A stretch of DNA of 64,000 bases from Opitutia bacterium (GCA_003569165.1 BGOI01000005.1:9560-73559), one strand, 5' to 3'. Shown: positions 1 through 9,105, numbered from the stretch's first letter. The notes: generated by a model not told the origin, from the sequence alone. Numbers and translations are program-made.

Positions 1-897
1 GGTCGGACGCGATTCCGCGCCGATCTGGTAAGGGATGCCGATGGACTCGGCGGCTTCGACCATCTGGTCGTAGACGATGGGGTTGATGTTCGGACCGCGG
101 GCGATGATGGGTCCACCGGAAAGGGTGAAGCGACCGAACTTGCGGTTGTCGGCATCCGGGTGGTCGGTGGCGTGACCGACGTCGACGGCGATGGCGACCT
201 GCGGGCTGATGCCCTGGGCGGAGACCTGCGCGCCACGCGTGCCAATCTCTTCTTGGGTGGTGGCGACGGAGACCACGCGGGCGGCGAGTTTCTTCTCCTT
301 CGAGAGGCGGCGGAATGCTTCCATGCACACGTAGGCGCCGGCCTTATCGTCGAACGCGCGGGCCACGCCGATGCTGCCGCGGAGGATCTCCGGGCCGTCG
401 GTGTAGATGGCGGGATCGCCGATGCGGACGATCGTGAGGGCATCGGCGCGGTTGTTCACGCCGATGTCGATCCACATGTCATGACGCTCCGGGACGCGCT
501 TGCGGTCCTCGGGCGAGAGCAGGTGCACGGCGCGCTTGCCGGTGATGCCGAGCACGGGGCCGTTGCGGGTGAGGATGTGGAGGCGACGGCCGGAGGGGAT
601 GATCTGGTCGTGGCCGCCGAGGAATTCGAAGTAGAGGTAGCCCTTGTCGTCGACGTGCGAGATGATCAGGCCGATCTCGTCGATGTGGCCGGCGAACATC
701 AGGGTGGGGCCGCCGTCGCCCTTGAGCACGGCGATGCGGTTGCCGAGCGCGTCCTTGGAATACTTATCGGCCGACTTCTCGACGTGGTCGTCGATGACCT
801 TCTGGGCCGCGAACTCGTGGCCCGTCGGGGATTTGGCTTCGAGCAGTTCCTTCAGGAATTCAGGGTAACCGACGGGCTTGGCAGGCTTTTTGGACAT
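1..897 (-). CDS. M42 family metallopeptidase (FrvX/YpdE/PepA-like aminopeptidase); C-terminus runs off the window start
   Basis: Not in ORF track because there is no stop in the window. Reverse translation from ATG at comp(895-897) stays open to base 1 (299 codons): MSKKPAKPVGYPEFLKELLEAKSPTGHEF..LMFAGHIDEIGLIISHVDDKGYLYF..ARAFDDKAGAYVCMEAF..TTQEEIGTRGA..IAVDVGHATD, the M42 peptidase pattern. Confidence 0.8.
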   Translation of the reverse strand, partial: MSKKPAKPVGYPEFLKELLEAKSPTGHEFAAQKVIDDHVEKSADKYSKDALGNRIAVLKGDGGPTLMFAGHIDEIGLIISHVDDKGYLYFEFLGGHDQIIPSGRRLHILTRNGPVLGITGKRAVHLLSPEDRKRVPERHDMWIDIGVNNRADALTIVRIGDPAIYTDGPEILRGSIGVARAFDDKAGAYVCMEAFRRLSKEKKLAARVVSVATTQEEIGTRGAQVSAQGISPQVAIAVDVGHATDHPDADNRKFGRFTLSGGPIIARGPNINPIVYDQMVEAAESIGIPYQIGAESRPT

Positions 898-930
898 GCA
901 GGAAATCTACCTGTCCGGGGCGGAAAGTCG

Positions 931-1188
931 AGCGAAGGCGGGGCCTTCGCAGGGGGCATGCTGGCACGGTGACATTTGGGCATGGGGCCGAACACATCTC
1001 AACGGGAGACCGGGAACCGGATAGGATGCTGCGGTGTATCTTAGGTAGGGCCGAGCATCCTTGCTCGGCCGCGGACGACCAAGGATGGTCGTCCCTACCC
1101 ATTGCATCCCTTGTCAACTGGCCAACTGGCCAACCGGTCAACTTGGCTCTCCCCTTGTCACCGTGTCACCTTGCCCACGTGTCCCCTG
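931..1188. repeat. Composite intergenic repeat block: module C, half B, A1, D, inverted C
   Basis: Module C (GCGAAGG..CCTTCGCAGGGGGCATGCTGGCACGGTGACATTTGGGCATGGGG) at 931-987 and its inverted copy at 1148-1188 bracket GGGAGACCGGGAACCGGA (1003-1022), the A1 hairpin element (1045-1098) and CAACTGGCCAACTGGCCAACCGGTCAAC (1114-1142). All modules recur elsewhere in the window. Confidence 0.85.
1045..1098 (+). repeat. A1 element: 54-nt GTAGGG...CCCTAC double-hairpin REP-like repeat (copy 1 of 3)
   Basis: GTAGGG-CCGAGCATCCTTGCTCGG-CCGCGG-ACGACCAAGGATGGTCGT-CCCTAC. Near-identical copies at 40829-40882 (same orientation) and 39226-39279 (inverted). Confidence 0.9.
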
Positions 1189-1193
1189 ACCAA

Positions 1194-1715
1194 TCACTTA
1201 TTCCACGGCGCCCGGGCAATCAACAATCCCATGCCGCACCAATCGGTGACGCCGGCGAAGATCAGGCCGAAGCCGATGAAGCCGCTGAGGGCGTAGAAGC
1301 CGGGGTGGACATTGGCGCCGAGGAGCACGCCGCCGAAAACCAGCGTGCCGGCGGCGATGCGGACCTGGCGTTCAATCGAAATGACGCCGTTCGAAATCTT
1401 ATCCAAAGGTAGGCCAGCCTGAGCGCAGGCGGCGGTGCCACCGGTGACCACCAGAAGATGCAGGCCTTTGCCGGAGAGGCGTTCGGCTGCGACGGTGGCG
1501 CGCTTGCCAGCCGCGCAGAGGAGCACGACGTGTCGGGTGACATCGACGCCGCGGAGTTCGCCAACTTTGGCGGCGGTGACCAGTTCGAGCGGAAGATTGA
1601 TGGCGCCACGGACATGTCCGCCGCGGAATTCGGCAGGCGAACGAACGTCGAGCAGCAGTGAATTCCGCGCGCGTTCGGCTTCGATGTCGGACGCGGCAAT
1701 GGTCTCGATGGTCAT
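1194..1715 (-). CDS. Rhodanese-domain sulfurtransferase with C-terminal DUF2892-like membrane tail (YgaP-like)
   Basis: ORF of 173 aa. Rhodanese active-site loop CAAGKR. C-terminal hydrophobic tail GFIGFGLIFAGVTDWCGMG as in E. coli YgaP. Its ATG overlaps the leuA stop by 4 nt (ATGA). Confidence 0.8.
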   Translation of the reverse strand: MTIETIAASDIEAERARNSLLLDVRSPAEFRGGHVRGAINLPLELVTAAKVGELRGVDVTRHVVLLCAAGKRATVAAERLSGKGLHLLVVTGGTAACAQAGLPLDKISNGVISIERQVRIAAGTLVFGGVLLGANVHPGFYALSGFIGFGLIFAGVTDWCGMGLLIARAPWNK

Positions 1716-3376
1716 CGTTCGAGGCGATTCGCCGCGCTGACGAGGGCCTTGAGGCCGGCGAGTTCGATGTTCGCATCGACGCCGCAGCCCCAGACGGTGC
1801 GGCCGTCCTTGGACTGGAGCGAAACGTAGGCGGCGGCGGAAGATTCCGAGCCGGCGGTCAAAGCATGCGAGCGGTAATCCTTGAGGGAGAAGTTCGCCCA
1901 GCCCCTGGAATCGAGGGCGTGCACGAGGGCGCTGATCGGTCCGTTGCCTTCCCCGGTGAGGATGAGGTTTTTGCCGTCGTGACGGACCTCGGCTTCACAG
2001 CGCACGGTCTGCTTGTTGACGGGCGCGGAGCTGAACGAAACGAGTTCGAGCGGCGCGAAGACGTTGACGAAATTCTTCCGGAAGCAGTCATGGATCTCGG
2101 CGGGCGTGAGCTCCTTGCTGAGCTTGTCGGCGTGCTTGCCGATGAGGTTGCCGACTTCCGGGTGCATGAGCTTCGGGAGGTCGAAGCCGAACTCGCGGTC
2201 GAGCACGTAGGCGACGCCGCCCTTGCCGCTCTGCGAGTTGATGCGGATGATGGCCTCGTAGGAACGGCCGATGTCCATCGGGTCGATGGTGAGGTACGGG
2301 ACGTCCCAGAGGGCGTCGTGGCCGATCTTGCCGCGGCGGTCCATGCCCTTCTTGATGGCGTCCTGGTGGGAGCCCGAGAAGGCCGTGAAGACGAGGTCGC
2401 CGCCGTAAGGATGGCGGTCGTGCACGCTCATGCGGGTCACGCGCTCGTAGACCTCGCGGATGGCGCCGAGGTTGCGGAAGTCGAGGTGTGGGTCGATGCC
2501 GTGCGAGAACATGTTCAGCGCGACCGTGACGATATCGAGGTTGCCCGTGCGCTCGCCGTTGCCGAAGAGCGTACCTTCCACGCGGTCCGCGCCAGCCATC
2601 AGGCCGAGCTCGGTGGCGGCGACGCCGGTACCGCGGTCGTTGTGCGTGTGCAGGGAGACGATGGCCATCTCGCGGTTGCTGAGGTGACGGCAGAACCACT
2701 CGATCTGGTCGGCGTGCGTGTTCGGCGTGCCGGCTTCGACGGTGAGCGGGAGATTGAGGATGATCTTACGCTTGGCCGAAGCACCCCAGGCCTTCGCGAC
2801 CGCTTCGCAGACCTCGAGGGAGTAGTCGGGCTCGGTGAGCACGAACGTCCTCCGGACTGAACTCCAGCTGCCACTGCGTGTCGGGCAGGCGTCGGTGAGC
2901 TCGCGGATGAGCTTCGTGCCGGTGACGGCCATCTCGAGGACTTGCGCCTTCGAGAGATTAAAGACGATTTTCACGCTGGGCCGGATTGGTCGGCGTGTAG
3001 AGGTGGACGATCGCGCGACGGGCGCCCTTGAGGGAATCGATCGTGCGGCGGATGAGGTGTTCGCGGGCTTGGACGAGCACCTGCACCGAGACGTCCTCGG
3101 GGATGAGGTCCTTTTCGATGAGCTCGCGCGCGAAGGCGAACTCCGTGTCCGAGGCGGAGGGGAAGCCGATCTCGATCTCCTTGAAGCCGATGCGGCAGAG
3201 GGTCTGGAAGAGCTCGTGCTTCTCCGGCACGTTCATCGGGATGGCCAGGGCCTGGTTGCCGTCGCGGAGGTCGACCGAGCACCAGCGGGGGGCCTGCTCG
3301 ATGCGCGCGTCTGGCCAGCGGCGATCCGGGAGGCGGACGGTCTCGAAAGGGCGGTATTTCTGCCGGGGGATTCCAT
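1712..3376 (-). pseudogene. leuA: 2-isopropylmalate synthase (long-form LeuA), reading frame interrupted by four single-base homopolymer indels (probably assembly errors)
   Basis: ORFs 1712-2974 and 2958-3236 plus an unlisted N-terminal piece from ATG comp(3374-3376) join into LeuA ([66 protein letters not shown]). Frame breaks at G5 3365-3369 (-1), T4 2968-2971 (+1), GGG 2883-2885 (-1) and CC 2849-2850 (+1). 1665 nt equals 555 codons after correction. Confidence 0.9.
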
Positions 3377-3444
3377 GGCGGGCGAAGTGCGGATGGTGGG
3401 AAAGGAGGGGAGGGCTGGCGAGCGTGGGTTTGGGCTCCTAAAAG

Positions 3445-3479
3445 CAAAAAACCCACCCGGTAGTCCGGGTGGGTTTTTT
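3445..3479. terminator. Bidirectional intrinsic terminator
   Basis: AAAAAA-ACCCACCCGG-TAGT-CCGGGTGGGT-TTTTTT: a perfect 10-bp GC-rich stem flanked by an A-run and a T-run. Lies 23 nt downstream of the small basic protein gene (minus strand). Confidence 0.85.
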
Positions 3480-3501
3480 CGCAAAGGTGCGAGACCCGGA
3501 C

Positions 3502-3660
3502 TTAGGCGTCAGGCTTGGTCTTCGGAAGCTTGGTCACGCGCTTCAGGTCCTTGACGGTACCGCGCTTCTTGAGCAGTTCCACGCGTTCGAAGCGCTTGAG
3601 GACGTTACGCTTCACTCCGGAGGAGGAGGCGCTGGACTTGAAACTGTTGTGCTGGGTCAT
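3502..3660 (-). CDS. Small basic protein (52 aa, PVC-restricted family)
   Basis: Internal ATG of ORF 3502-3996: MTQHNSFKSSASSSGVKRNVLKRFERVELLKKRGTVKDLKRVTKLPKTKPDA. This matches my recollection of the small basic protein family restricted to Verrucomicrobia and Planctomycetes. Followed by a strong terminator. Confidence 0.6.
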   Translation of the reverse strand: MTQHNSFKSSASSSGVKRNVLKRFERVELLKKRGTVKDLKRVTKLPKTKPDA

Positions 3661-3767
3661 GGCCGTAAGGTGGGTGGAAGTTTTGAGAAAAGGGGTGGAA
3701 GGGGCGGGAGCAAGGGGAAAAGCGGGCGAAATGCCGACTTTGCCCCTTTCCCTGCCTCTTTCCTTGT

Positions 3768-5237
3768 TCAGGCGTGTTTCAGGATACCCTTCACCACGTG
3801 GCCTTCGACGTCGGTCAGGCGGAATTGGCGGCCCTGGTAGCGGAAGAGCAGGCCTTCGTGGTTGATCCCGAAGAGGTGCATCAGGGTGGCCTGCATGTCG
3901 TGGATATGGACCCGGTCCTTGGTGATGTTCCAGCCGAAGTCGTCGGTCGCTCCATGGACGTAGCCCGGCTTCACGCCGCCGCCGGCGAGCCACCAAGAGT
4001 AGGCGCGGCCGAAGTGGTCGCGTCCCTTGAAGCCAGTGCCTTGTTGGTTCTGGCCGAAGGGTGTGCGGCCGAATTCGCCACCCCAGACGACGAGCGTATC
4101 GTCGAGGAGGCCGCGCTGCTTGAGATCCTTGACGAGCGCCGCGCTAGCCTGGTCGGTATCGAGACACTGCTGCGCGAGCTGGCCGGTGGTAAGGTTGTTA
4201 TGCTGGTCCCAGCCGGAATGCATCAGCTGCGTGAACCGGACGCCACGCTCGGCGAGGCGGCGGGCGATGAGGCAGTTATTGGCGAAGGTGCCGGGCTTGA
4301 GGACTTCCGGGCCGTACATCTCGAGGACGGACTTCGGCTCGTTCTTGAAGTCGAGTAGGCCAGGGACCGACGTCTGCATGCGGAAGGCCATCTCGTATTG
4401 CGAGATGCGCGTGTCGATCTCGGGGTCGCCGACCTGACCGAAGTGCTCGCGGTTGAGCGCCTGCATGTCATCGAGCATCGTGCGACGCGCCTCGCGGCTG
4501 ACGCCAGCCGGATTGCCGACGTACGGGACCGGATCGCCGACGCCGCGGAAGCGGACGCCCTGATGCTTGCCGGGCAGGAATCCGTTGGACCAGTAGTGCT
4601 CGAAGAAGAGCTGGCCACAGGTCTTGGCAGCGTCGGAGGAGGTCATCACGACATACGAAGGCAGATCCTCGTTCATCGTGCCGAGACCGTAGGAGAGCCA
4701 GGCGCCCATCGAAGGACGGCCCGGAATCTGCGAGCCGGTCATGAAGAACGTCACGCCGGGGGCGTGGTTCACCGCCTCGGTGTTCATCGAGCGGACGACG
4801 CAGAGTTCGTCAGCGATGGCGCCGGTGAAGGGCAGCATCTCGCTCATCTCGATACCGCTGGAGCCCCATTTCTTGAAGGGCTTGATGGCGCCGACGCAGT
4901 TGTACTTCGCGTAGCCGCTCGACATCGAGGAGAGACGGGTATCGCCGCGCACGCTGGCGGGGATTTCCTGACCGGCCATCTTTTCGAGCAGCGGTTTGTG
5001 GTCGAAGAGGTCGACGTGCGAAGGGCCTCCGCCCTGCCAGAGGCAGATCATGCGCTTAGCCTTGGGGGCGAAGTGCGGCAGGCCAGGCAGACCGCCAATG
5101 GGCTTATTCGCGCCCTTGGCATCGCGGGCGAGGAGGGAGCCGAGGGCAACGGCGCCGATGCCTTGGACGCCGGCACTCAGGAAGCTGCGGCGAGTCAGGC
5201 GCTCGCGCCATTCGGAGGGAGAGAGTTCGAAGTCCAT
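3768..5237 (-). CDS. DUF1501 domain protein (alkaline-phosphatase/sulfatase-like), Tat-exported
   Basis: 489 aa. Twin-arginine leader TRRSFLSAG. DUF1501-type blocks GGGPSHVDLFD, GGEFGRTP, GRDHF. Starts 4 nt after the upstream PSCyt/DUF1553 gene. Confidence 0.85.
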   Translation of the reverse strand: MDFELSPSEWRERLTRRSFLSAGVQGIGAVALGSLLARDAKGANKPIGGLPGLPHFAPKAKRMICLWQGGGPSHVDLFDHKPLLEKMAGQEIPASVRGDTRLSSMSSGYAKYNCVGAIKPFKKWGSSGIEMSEMLPFTGAIADELCVVRSMNTEAVNHAPGVTFFMTGSQIPGRPSMGAWLSYGLGTMNEDLPSYVVMTSSDAAKTCGQLFFEHYWSNGFLPGKHQGVRFRGVGDPVPYVGNPAGVSREARRTMLDDMQALNREHFGQVGDPEIDTRISQYEMAFRMQTSVPGLLDFKNEPKSVLEMYGPEVLKPGTFANNCLIARRLAERGVRFTQLMHSGWDQHNNLTTGQLAQQCLDTDQASAALVKDLKQRGLLDDTLVVWGGEFGRTPFGQNQQGTGFKGRDHFGRAYSWWLAGGGVKPGYVHGATDDFGWNITKDRVHIHDMQATLMHLFGINHEGLLFRYQGRQFRLTDVEGHVVKGILKHA

Positions 5238-5241
5238 GGGA

Positions 5242-7743
5242 TCAGTCGCGGGTGATGGCGGCGTCGAGGTTGTAGAGGGCGAGGCAGGTTGCGGTGAGCG
5301 CGGCGTGTTCGGCGGCGGGGAGTGTCGCGTCGCGCTTGCTTTCGCCGATCACGAGTAGCGCCTCGGCGCCCTTGGCGTCGGCCGCGTAGACCGCGCGTTG
5401 ATTGGCGAGCATCTTGGCGATCAGGGCGGGTTCCTTGCCGGAGGGTTCACGGCCCAGCACGAGGGCGAAGGCGCGGGCGAGGCGGGCTTCGTCAGTCGTC
5501 TGCTCCTTCGTCACGCGCTGGGCGAGCATACGCGCGGCTTCGACCCAGGTCGGGTCGTTGAGCATCGTGAGCGCGTGCAGAGGCGAGGACGTCACTGCGG
5601 TGCGGACGCGGCAGGTCTGGCGCGCCGAGATGTCGAACATGTTCACCGGCGCGATGGTGCGGCGCCAGAACGTGTAGAGCGAACGACGGTAGAGGTCGGC
5701 CCCTTTCGACTGGGGGTAGGTGAAGTCTCGCTCCTTGGTGATGGCGAGGCTCTCCCATGGGCTGTCGGGGAGATAAGGGTAGACCGGCACGCCGCCGACC
5801 TGGGTGTTGAGCAGGCCGCTGGAACGCAGGGCGACGTCGCGGAGCACCATCGAGGGGAGACGCAGGCGCGGCGCGTGCGAGAGGAGTTTGTTTTCCGGAT
5901 CCTTCTGCAACTGCTCCTTGGTGACGTGGCTGGACTGGCGGTAGGTCTTGCTGGTCAGGATAACTTTCTGGAGGGCCTTGATCTTCCAGCCGGACTCGCG
6001 GAATTCGACCGAGAGCCAATCGAGCAGATCTTGGTGGGTGGGGCGGTCGCTTTGGACGCCGAGGTCTTCGGAGGTGCGCACGATGCCCTTGCCGAAGAGC
6101 TCCTGCCACTGGCGGTTGACCTGCACGCGGGCGGTCAACGGGTGTTCGGGACGGAAGAGCCATTGGGCAAGGCCGAGACGGTTCTTCGGGGCGTCCTTCG
6201 GCAGCGGCGGCAGGAAGCCAGGCGCGTCGAAGGTGACCTTCTCCTTCTTCGCGAGGTAGGCGCCGCGGTCGAGGATGTTGGTTTCACGCGGCTGGTCGTC
6301 GGCCATCACCATCACGCGTGGCAGGACGTCGCCGCGGTAGCCGTCGAGCAGCTGCTTGGCGCGGTCGAGCTTCTTCATCGCGGGGATCGTCTTCCGGTCC
6401 TCGGCGAAGACGTTCTTGTTGTAATGGTCGCGGAGCTTCTTCGTCTCGGCCGCGACGCGCTTCTTGTCGGGCGCGAGCAGGGCTTCGAGTTCCTTGGGCA
6501 GCATGCCCTTGTCCTTGGTCGGCTTGGCGAGCCAGGCTTCGAAGGCCTTGGTCTGAAGCATGGCGAAGTCTTTGTTCAGCGCGTCGAAGTCGCCCTGAAG
6601 TTTGGCGAGTTCCGCCGCTTGTTCGGGCGACGGGGCTTCGACGACGGTAGTGTCGAGGCGGAAGCGGCTACGGCCGCCGGTCTGCGTCTGGCCTCCACTC
6701 GGGGTGCCGCGCTCCTTCACGTGGTTGAAGGCATCCATCCACTGGTAATAGTCTTTCTGCGAGATCGGGTCATACTTATGGTCGTGGCACTGGGCACAGG
6801 CGACCGTGAGGCCGAGCCAGGTGGTCGTCGTGCTCTCGACGCGGTCGAAGAGGCTGACGTAACGCTGTTCCTCGGCGATGTTACCGCCTTCGCCGTTGAG
6901 GATGTGGTTACGGTTGAAGGCCGTGGCGATCTTCTGGTCGAGCGTCGCGTTCGGGAGCAGGTCGCCCGCGAGCATCTCGGTACTGAGCTGGTCGAAAGGC
7001 TTGTCTGCATTGAGGTTCTTCACCAACCAATCGCGCCAGATCCACTGGAAGGTGTCGCCGTCCTGCTGGAAGCCATTGCTGTCCGCATAACGCGAGGCGT
7101 CGAGCCACGGCAATACCATGCGTTCACCGTAGTGCGGCGAAGCCATGAGGCGATCAACCTGCTTACCGTAGGCGTCGGGACTCGCATCGGCGAGGAACGC
7201 GGTGGTCTCCTCGGGCGTGGGCGGCAGGCCGGTGAGATCAAGCGACAAGCGGCGGAGGAGCGTGGCCTTGGGGGCTTCGGGCGAGAGCTTCAGGCCGGCC
7301 TTGGTCAGCTTCTCGACCACGAAGGCGTCGACAGGGTTGGTCTCGCCGTTGGCCGGCAGGGCGGGGCGGATGGGCGCGACGAAGGCCCAGTGTTCCTTAT
7401 ACTCGGCGCCTTCGGTGACCCAGCGGCGGAGAATCTCCTTCTGCGCCGGCGAGATGGTGCGATGGGAATCCGGCGGGGGCATCACTTCGTCGGAATCGGT
7501 CGAGACGAGTCGCTTGATGAGTTCGCTGGCCTCGGCGTCGCCCGGGACGAAGGCCTTTTTTTCCAACGCCGCGGCACGGACGTCGAGGCGTAGCTTGGCC
7601 TTGCGCTTGTTGCCGTCGGGTCCGTGGCAGTAGAAGCAGTTCTCGGAAAGGATTGGCCGGACGTCCTCGTTGTAGTCCAGCTTCGCGGCGAAGGCGGGCA
7701 GGGCGACGACGAGGGCGGCGAGGATGAGGCTGATCCGGGGCAT
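5242..7743 (-). CDS. PSCyt1 / DUF1549 / DUF1553 protein (planctomycete cytochrome c domain protein)
   Basis: 833 aa. Signal peptide, CxxCH in CFYCHGPDGNKR, second CxxCH in the DUF1549 core (CAQCHDHKYDP), long DUF1553-like C-terminus. Confidence 0.85.
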   Translation of the reverse strand: MPRISLILAALVVALPAFAAKLDYNEDVRPILSENCFYCHGPDGNKRKAKLRLDVRAAALEKKAFVPGDAEASELIKRLVSTDSDEVMPPPDSHRTISPAQKEILRRWVTEGAEYKEHWAFVAPIRPALPANGETNPVDAFVVEKLTKAGLKLSPEAPKATLLRRLSLDLTGLPPTPEETTAFLADASPDAYGKQVDRLMASPHYGERMVLPWLDASRYADSNGFQQDGDTFQWIWRDWLVKNLNADKPFDQLSTEMLAGDLLPNATLDQKIATAFNRNHILNGEGGNIAEEQRYVSLFDRVESTTTTWLGLTVACAQCHDHKYDPISQKDYYQWMDAFNHVKERGTPSGGQTQTGGRSRFRLDTTVVEAPSPEQAAELAKLQGDFDALNKDFAMLQTKAFEAWLAKPTKDKGMLPKELEALLAPDKKRVAAETKKLRDHYNKNVFAEDRKTIPAMKKLDRAKQLLDGYRGDVLPRVMVMADDQPRETNILDRGAYLAKKEKVTFDAPGFLPPLPKDAPKNRLGLAQWLFRPEHPLTARVQVNRQWQELFGKGIVRTSEDLGVQSDRPTHQDLLDWLSVEFRESGWKIKALQKVILTSKTYRQSSHVTKEQLQKDPENKLLSHAPRLRLPSMVLRDVALRSSGLLNTQVGGVPVYPYLPDSPWESLAITKERDFTYPQSKGADLYRRSLYTFWRRTIAPVNMFDISARQTCRVRTAVTSSPLHALTMLNDPTWVEAARMLAQRVTKEQTTDEARLARAFALVLGREPSGKEPALIAKMLANQRAVYAADAKGAEALLVIGESKRDATLPAAEHAALTATCLALYNLDAAITRD

Positions 7744-7980
7744 GGGGAGATTTTAGCAGGAGGAGCCCGACGGAGGAATGGTCGGGGGCGTCGGTCTTGA
7801 AAGACCACCGCTGGGGATTAACGTTAGCAGGATTGAGACAGTCTCCGAGGGGGGAGGTTTCAATCTCTGATTAATAGCCTATTTCCCTCACGGCGGAATC
7901 CCTCATTTAAACGCCGGAAACGGATACTGGGGCTTGGTTTGGGTTTGCTGGCAAGCGGACCCTTGTTGTCATTCCGGGCA

Positions 7981-9105
7981 GTGCGCATCCTTGATCGCTA
8001 TATCCTCGCCGAATGGGCCAAGGTCTTCGCCCTGACCCTGCTCAGTTTCATGGGATTGCTCCTGCTTTCGGAGGGGTATAACTGGATTCCTGACTTCCTG
8101 GGCTGGGGTGCGTCTTTCGGTACGATTCTGCAGTTCATGTCCCTCGGCTTGGTCAAGAACCTGTCGCTGCTCATCCCGATCTCCTTGCTGATCTCGGTGA
8201 TCTTCGTCCTCGCGACGATGAACCGAAATCACGAGATCTCTGCCGCCCGCGCCGCCGGTATCGGCATGTGGCGCCTGACGGCCCCGCTTTGGGCCGCTGG
8301 CCTCTTCCTGGCTGGGCTGCTGGCCCTCCTGAACGCCGTGCTGGTGCCTGATGCGCTCGAAGCCCAGAATAGCCTCGTCGAAGAAGCCCAGTTCGCCGCG
8401 CTCAAGTCCAAAGGCGGCACGGTCATTCCGAAAGGGCAGGCTTACTCGGTCTCCTTCGAGAACGCGAAGGCTCGTCGCCTCTGGCTCATTTCCAATCTCG
8501 GTCTCTCCACCGGCCAAGCCTTCGAGGTCATCGTCCATTCGTTCGACGAGAAGAATCGTGAAATCCGTTGCGTGACAGCCCGCTTCGCCGAATTCAGTAA
8601 GCAGAGCGATGGTCGCTGGCGCTGGACCTTCCGCGATGGACGGGATATGCGCTTTGATCCAGCGACCGGCTCGCTCATGGCTCAGCCGCGCTTCAAGGAA
8701 CTCACCCTTCCGGATTACGATGACGACCCCGAGGTGATGTTCTATTCGACCAAGGATCCGGACAAGCTTTCGCTGCGCGAGGTCTCCCGCTTCGTCGACC
8801 AAGCCGGCTCGAACCCCGGCGGCCAGAACGCCGCTTACGCGATGCGTTATCATTCGATCATGTCCGCGCCGGTCATCTGCCTGATCGTCGTCGCCGTCGC
8901 GATTCCGTTCTCCGTCGGCGCCGGACGCATCAGCCCGATGGTAGGCGTCGCCAAGACCTTCGCCCTCTTTCTCACTTTCTACTTCCTCACCTCGTTCTGC
9001 GCCGCCTTTGGCGAGAGCGGCGCCCTGCCGCCGATGATCGCGGCTTGGATCCCTGCCGTGCTGGTCACGGCTTGGGTCATCCCGAAGCTGAGGTCCGTCA
9101 ATTAA
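7981..9105 (+). CDS. LptF/LptG family (YjgP/YjgQ) permease
   Basis: ORF 7939-9105. An N-terminus (V)RILDRYILAEWAKVF from GTG 7981 is the canonical LptF/G start. Multiple TM helices with a large periplasmic insert. The TTG at 7939 is the alternative start. Confidence 0.75.
   Translation: MRILDRYILAEWAKVFALTLLSFMGLLLLSEGYNWIPDFLGWGASFGTILQFMSLGLVKNLSLLIPISLLISVIFVLATMNRNHEISAARAAGIGMWRLTAPLWAAGLFLAGLLALLNAVLVPDALEAQNSLVEEAQFAALKSKGGTVIPKGQAYSVSFENAKARRLWLISNLGLSTGQAFEVIVHSFDEKNREIRCVTARFAEFSKQSDGRWRWTFRDGRDMRFDPATGSLMAQPRFKELTLPDYDDDPEVMFYSTKDPDKLSLREVSRFVDQAGSNPGGQNAAYAMRYHSIMSAPVICLIVVAVAIPFSVGAGRISPMVGVAKTFALFLTFYFLTSFCAAFGESGALPPMIAAWIPAVLVTAWVIPKLRSVN

Noticed and set aside
160-972. 270-aa ORF on the plus strand (MVGGVTDVDGDGDLRADALGGD..)
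   Set aside because: It is antisense to a clearly recognisable M42 peptidase gene. Its Gly/Asp/Ala/Val/Arg-rich composition is typical of shadow ORFs in high-GC DNA.
1041-1107. Recurrent peptide TILGRPR(P/S)S(K/R)DARPY encoded by ORFs 907-1107 and 39232-40629 (N-terminus)
   Set aside because: The similarity comes from the A1 nucleotide repeat. The third copy is read in a different frame by its overlapping ORF, and the differences between copies preserve base pairing rather than codons.
2849-2971. Programmed ribosomal frameshifting or a genuine pseudogene as the explanation for the broken genes (leuA, ppiD-like, pyrC, SGNH)
   Set aside because: There are no slippery heptamers or stimulatory structures. 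Every break lies in a short homopolymer, and the corrections restore exact multiples of three and conserved motifs. The affected genes are core single-copy functions, so assembly or sequencing error is the simpler explanation.
5398-7593. 731-aa plus-strand ORF. Similar very long antisense ORFs at 19793-21862, 21926-23701, 23990-25042, 33424-35346, 55900-56916 and 59775-60857
   Set aside because: All lie opposite confidently identified genes (PSCyt/DUF1553, PPC protein, glnS, RND pump, membrane protein). They have no recognisable motifs and show stop-codon-poor high-GC antisense composition.
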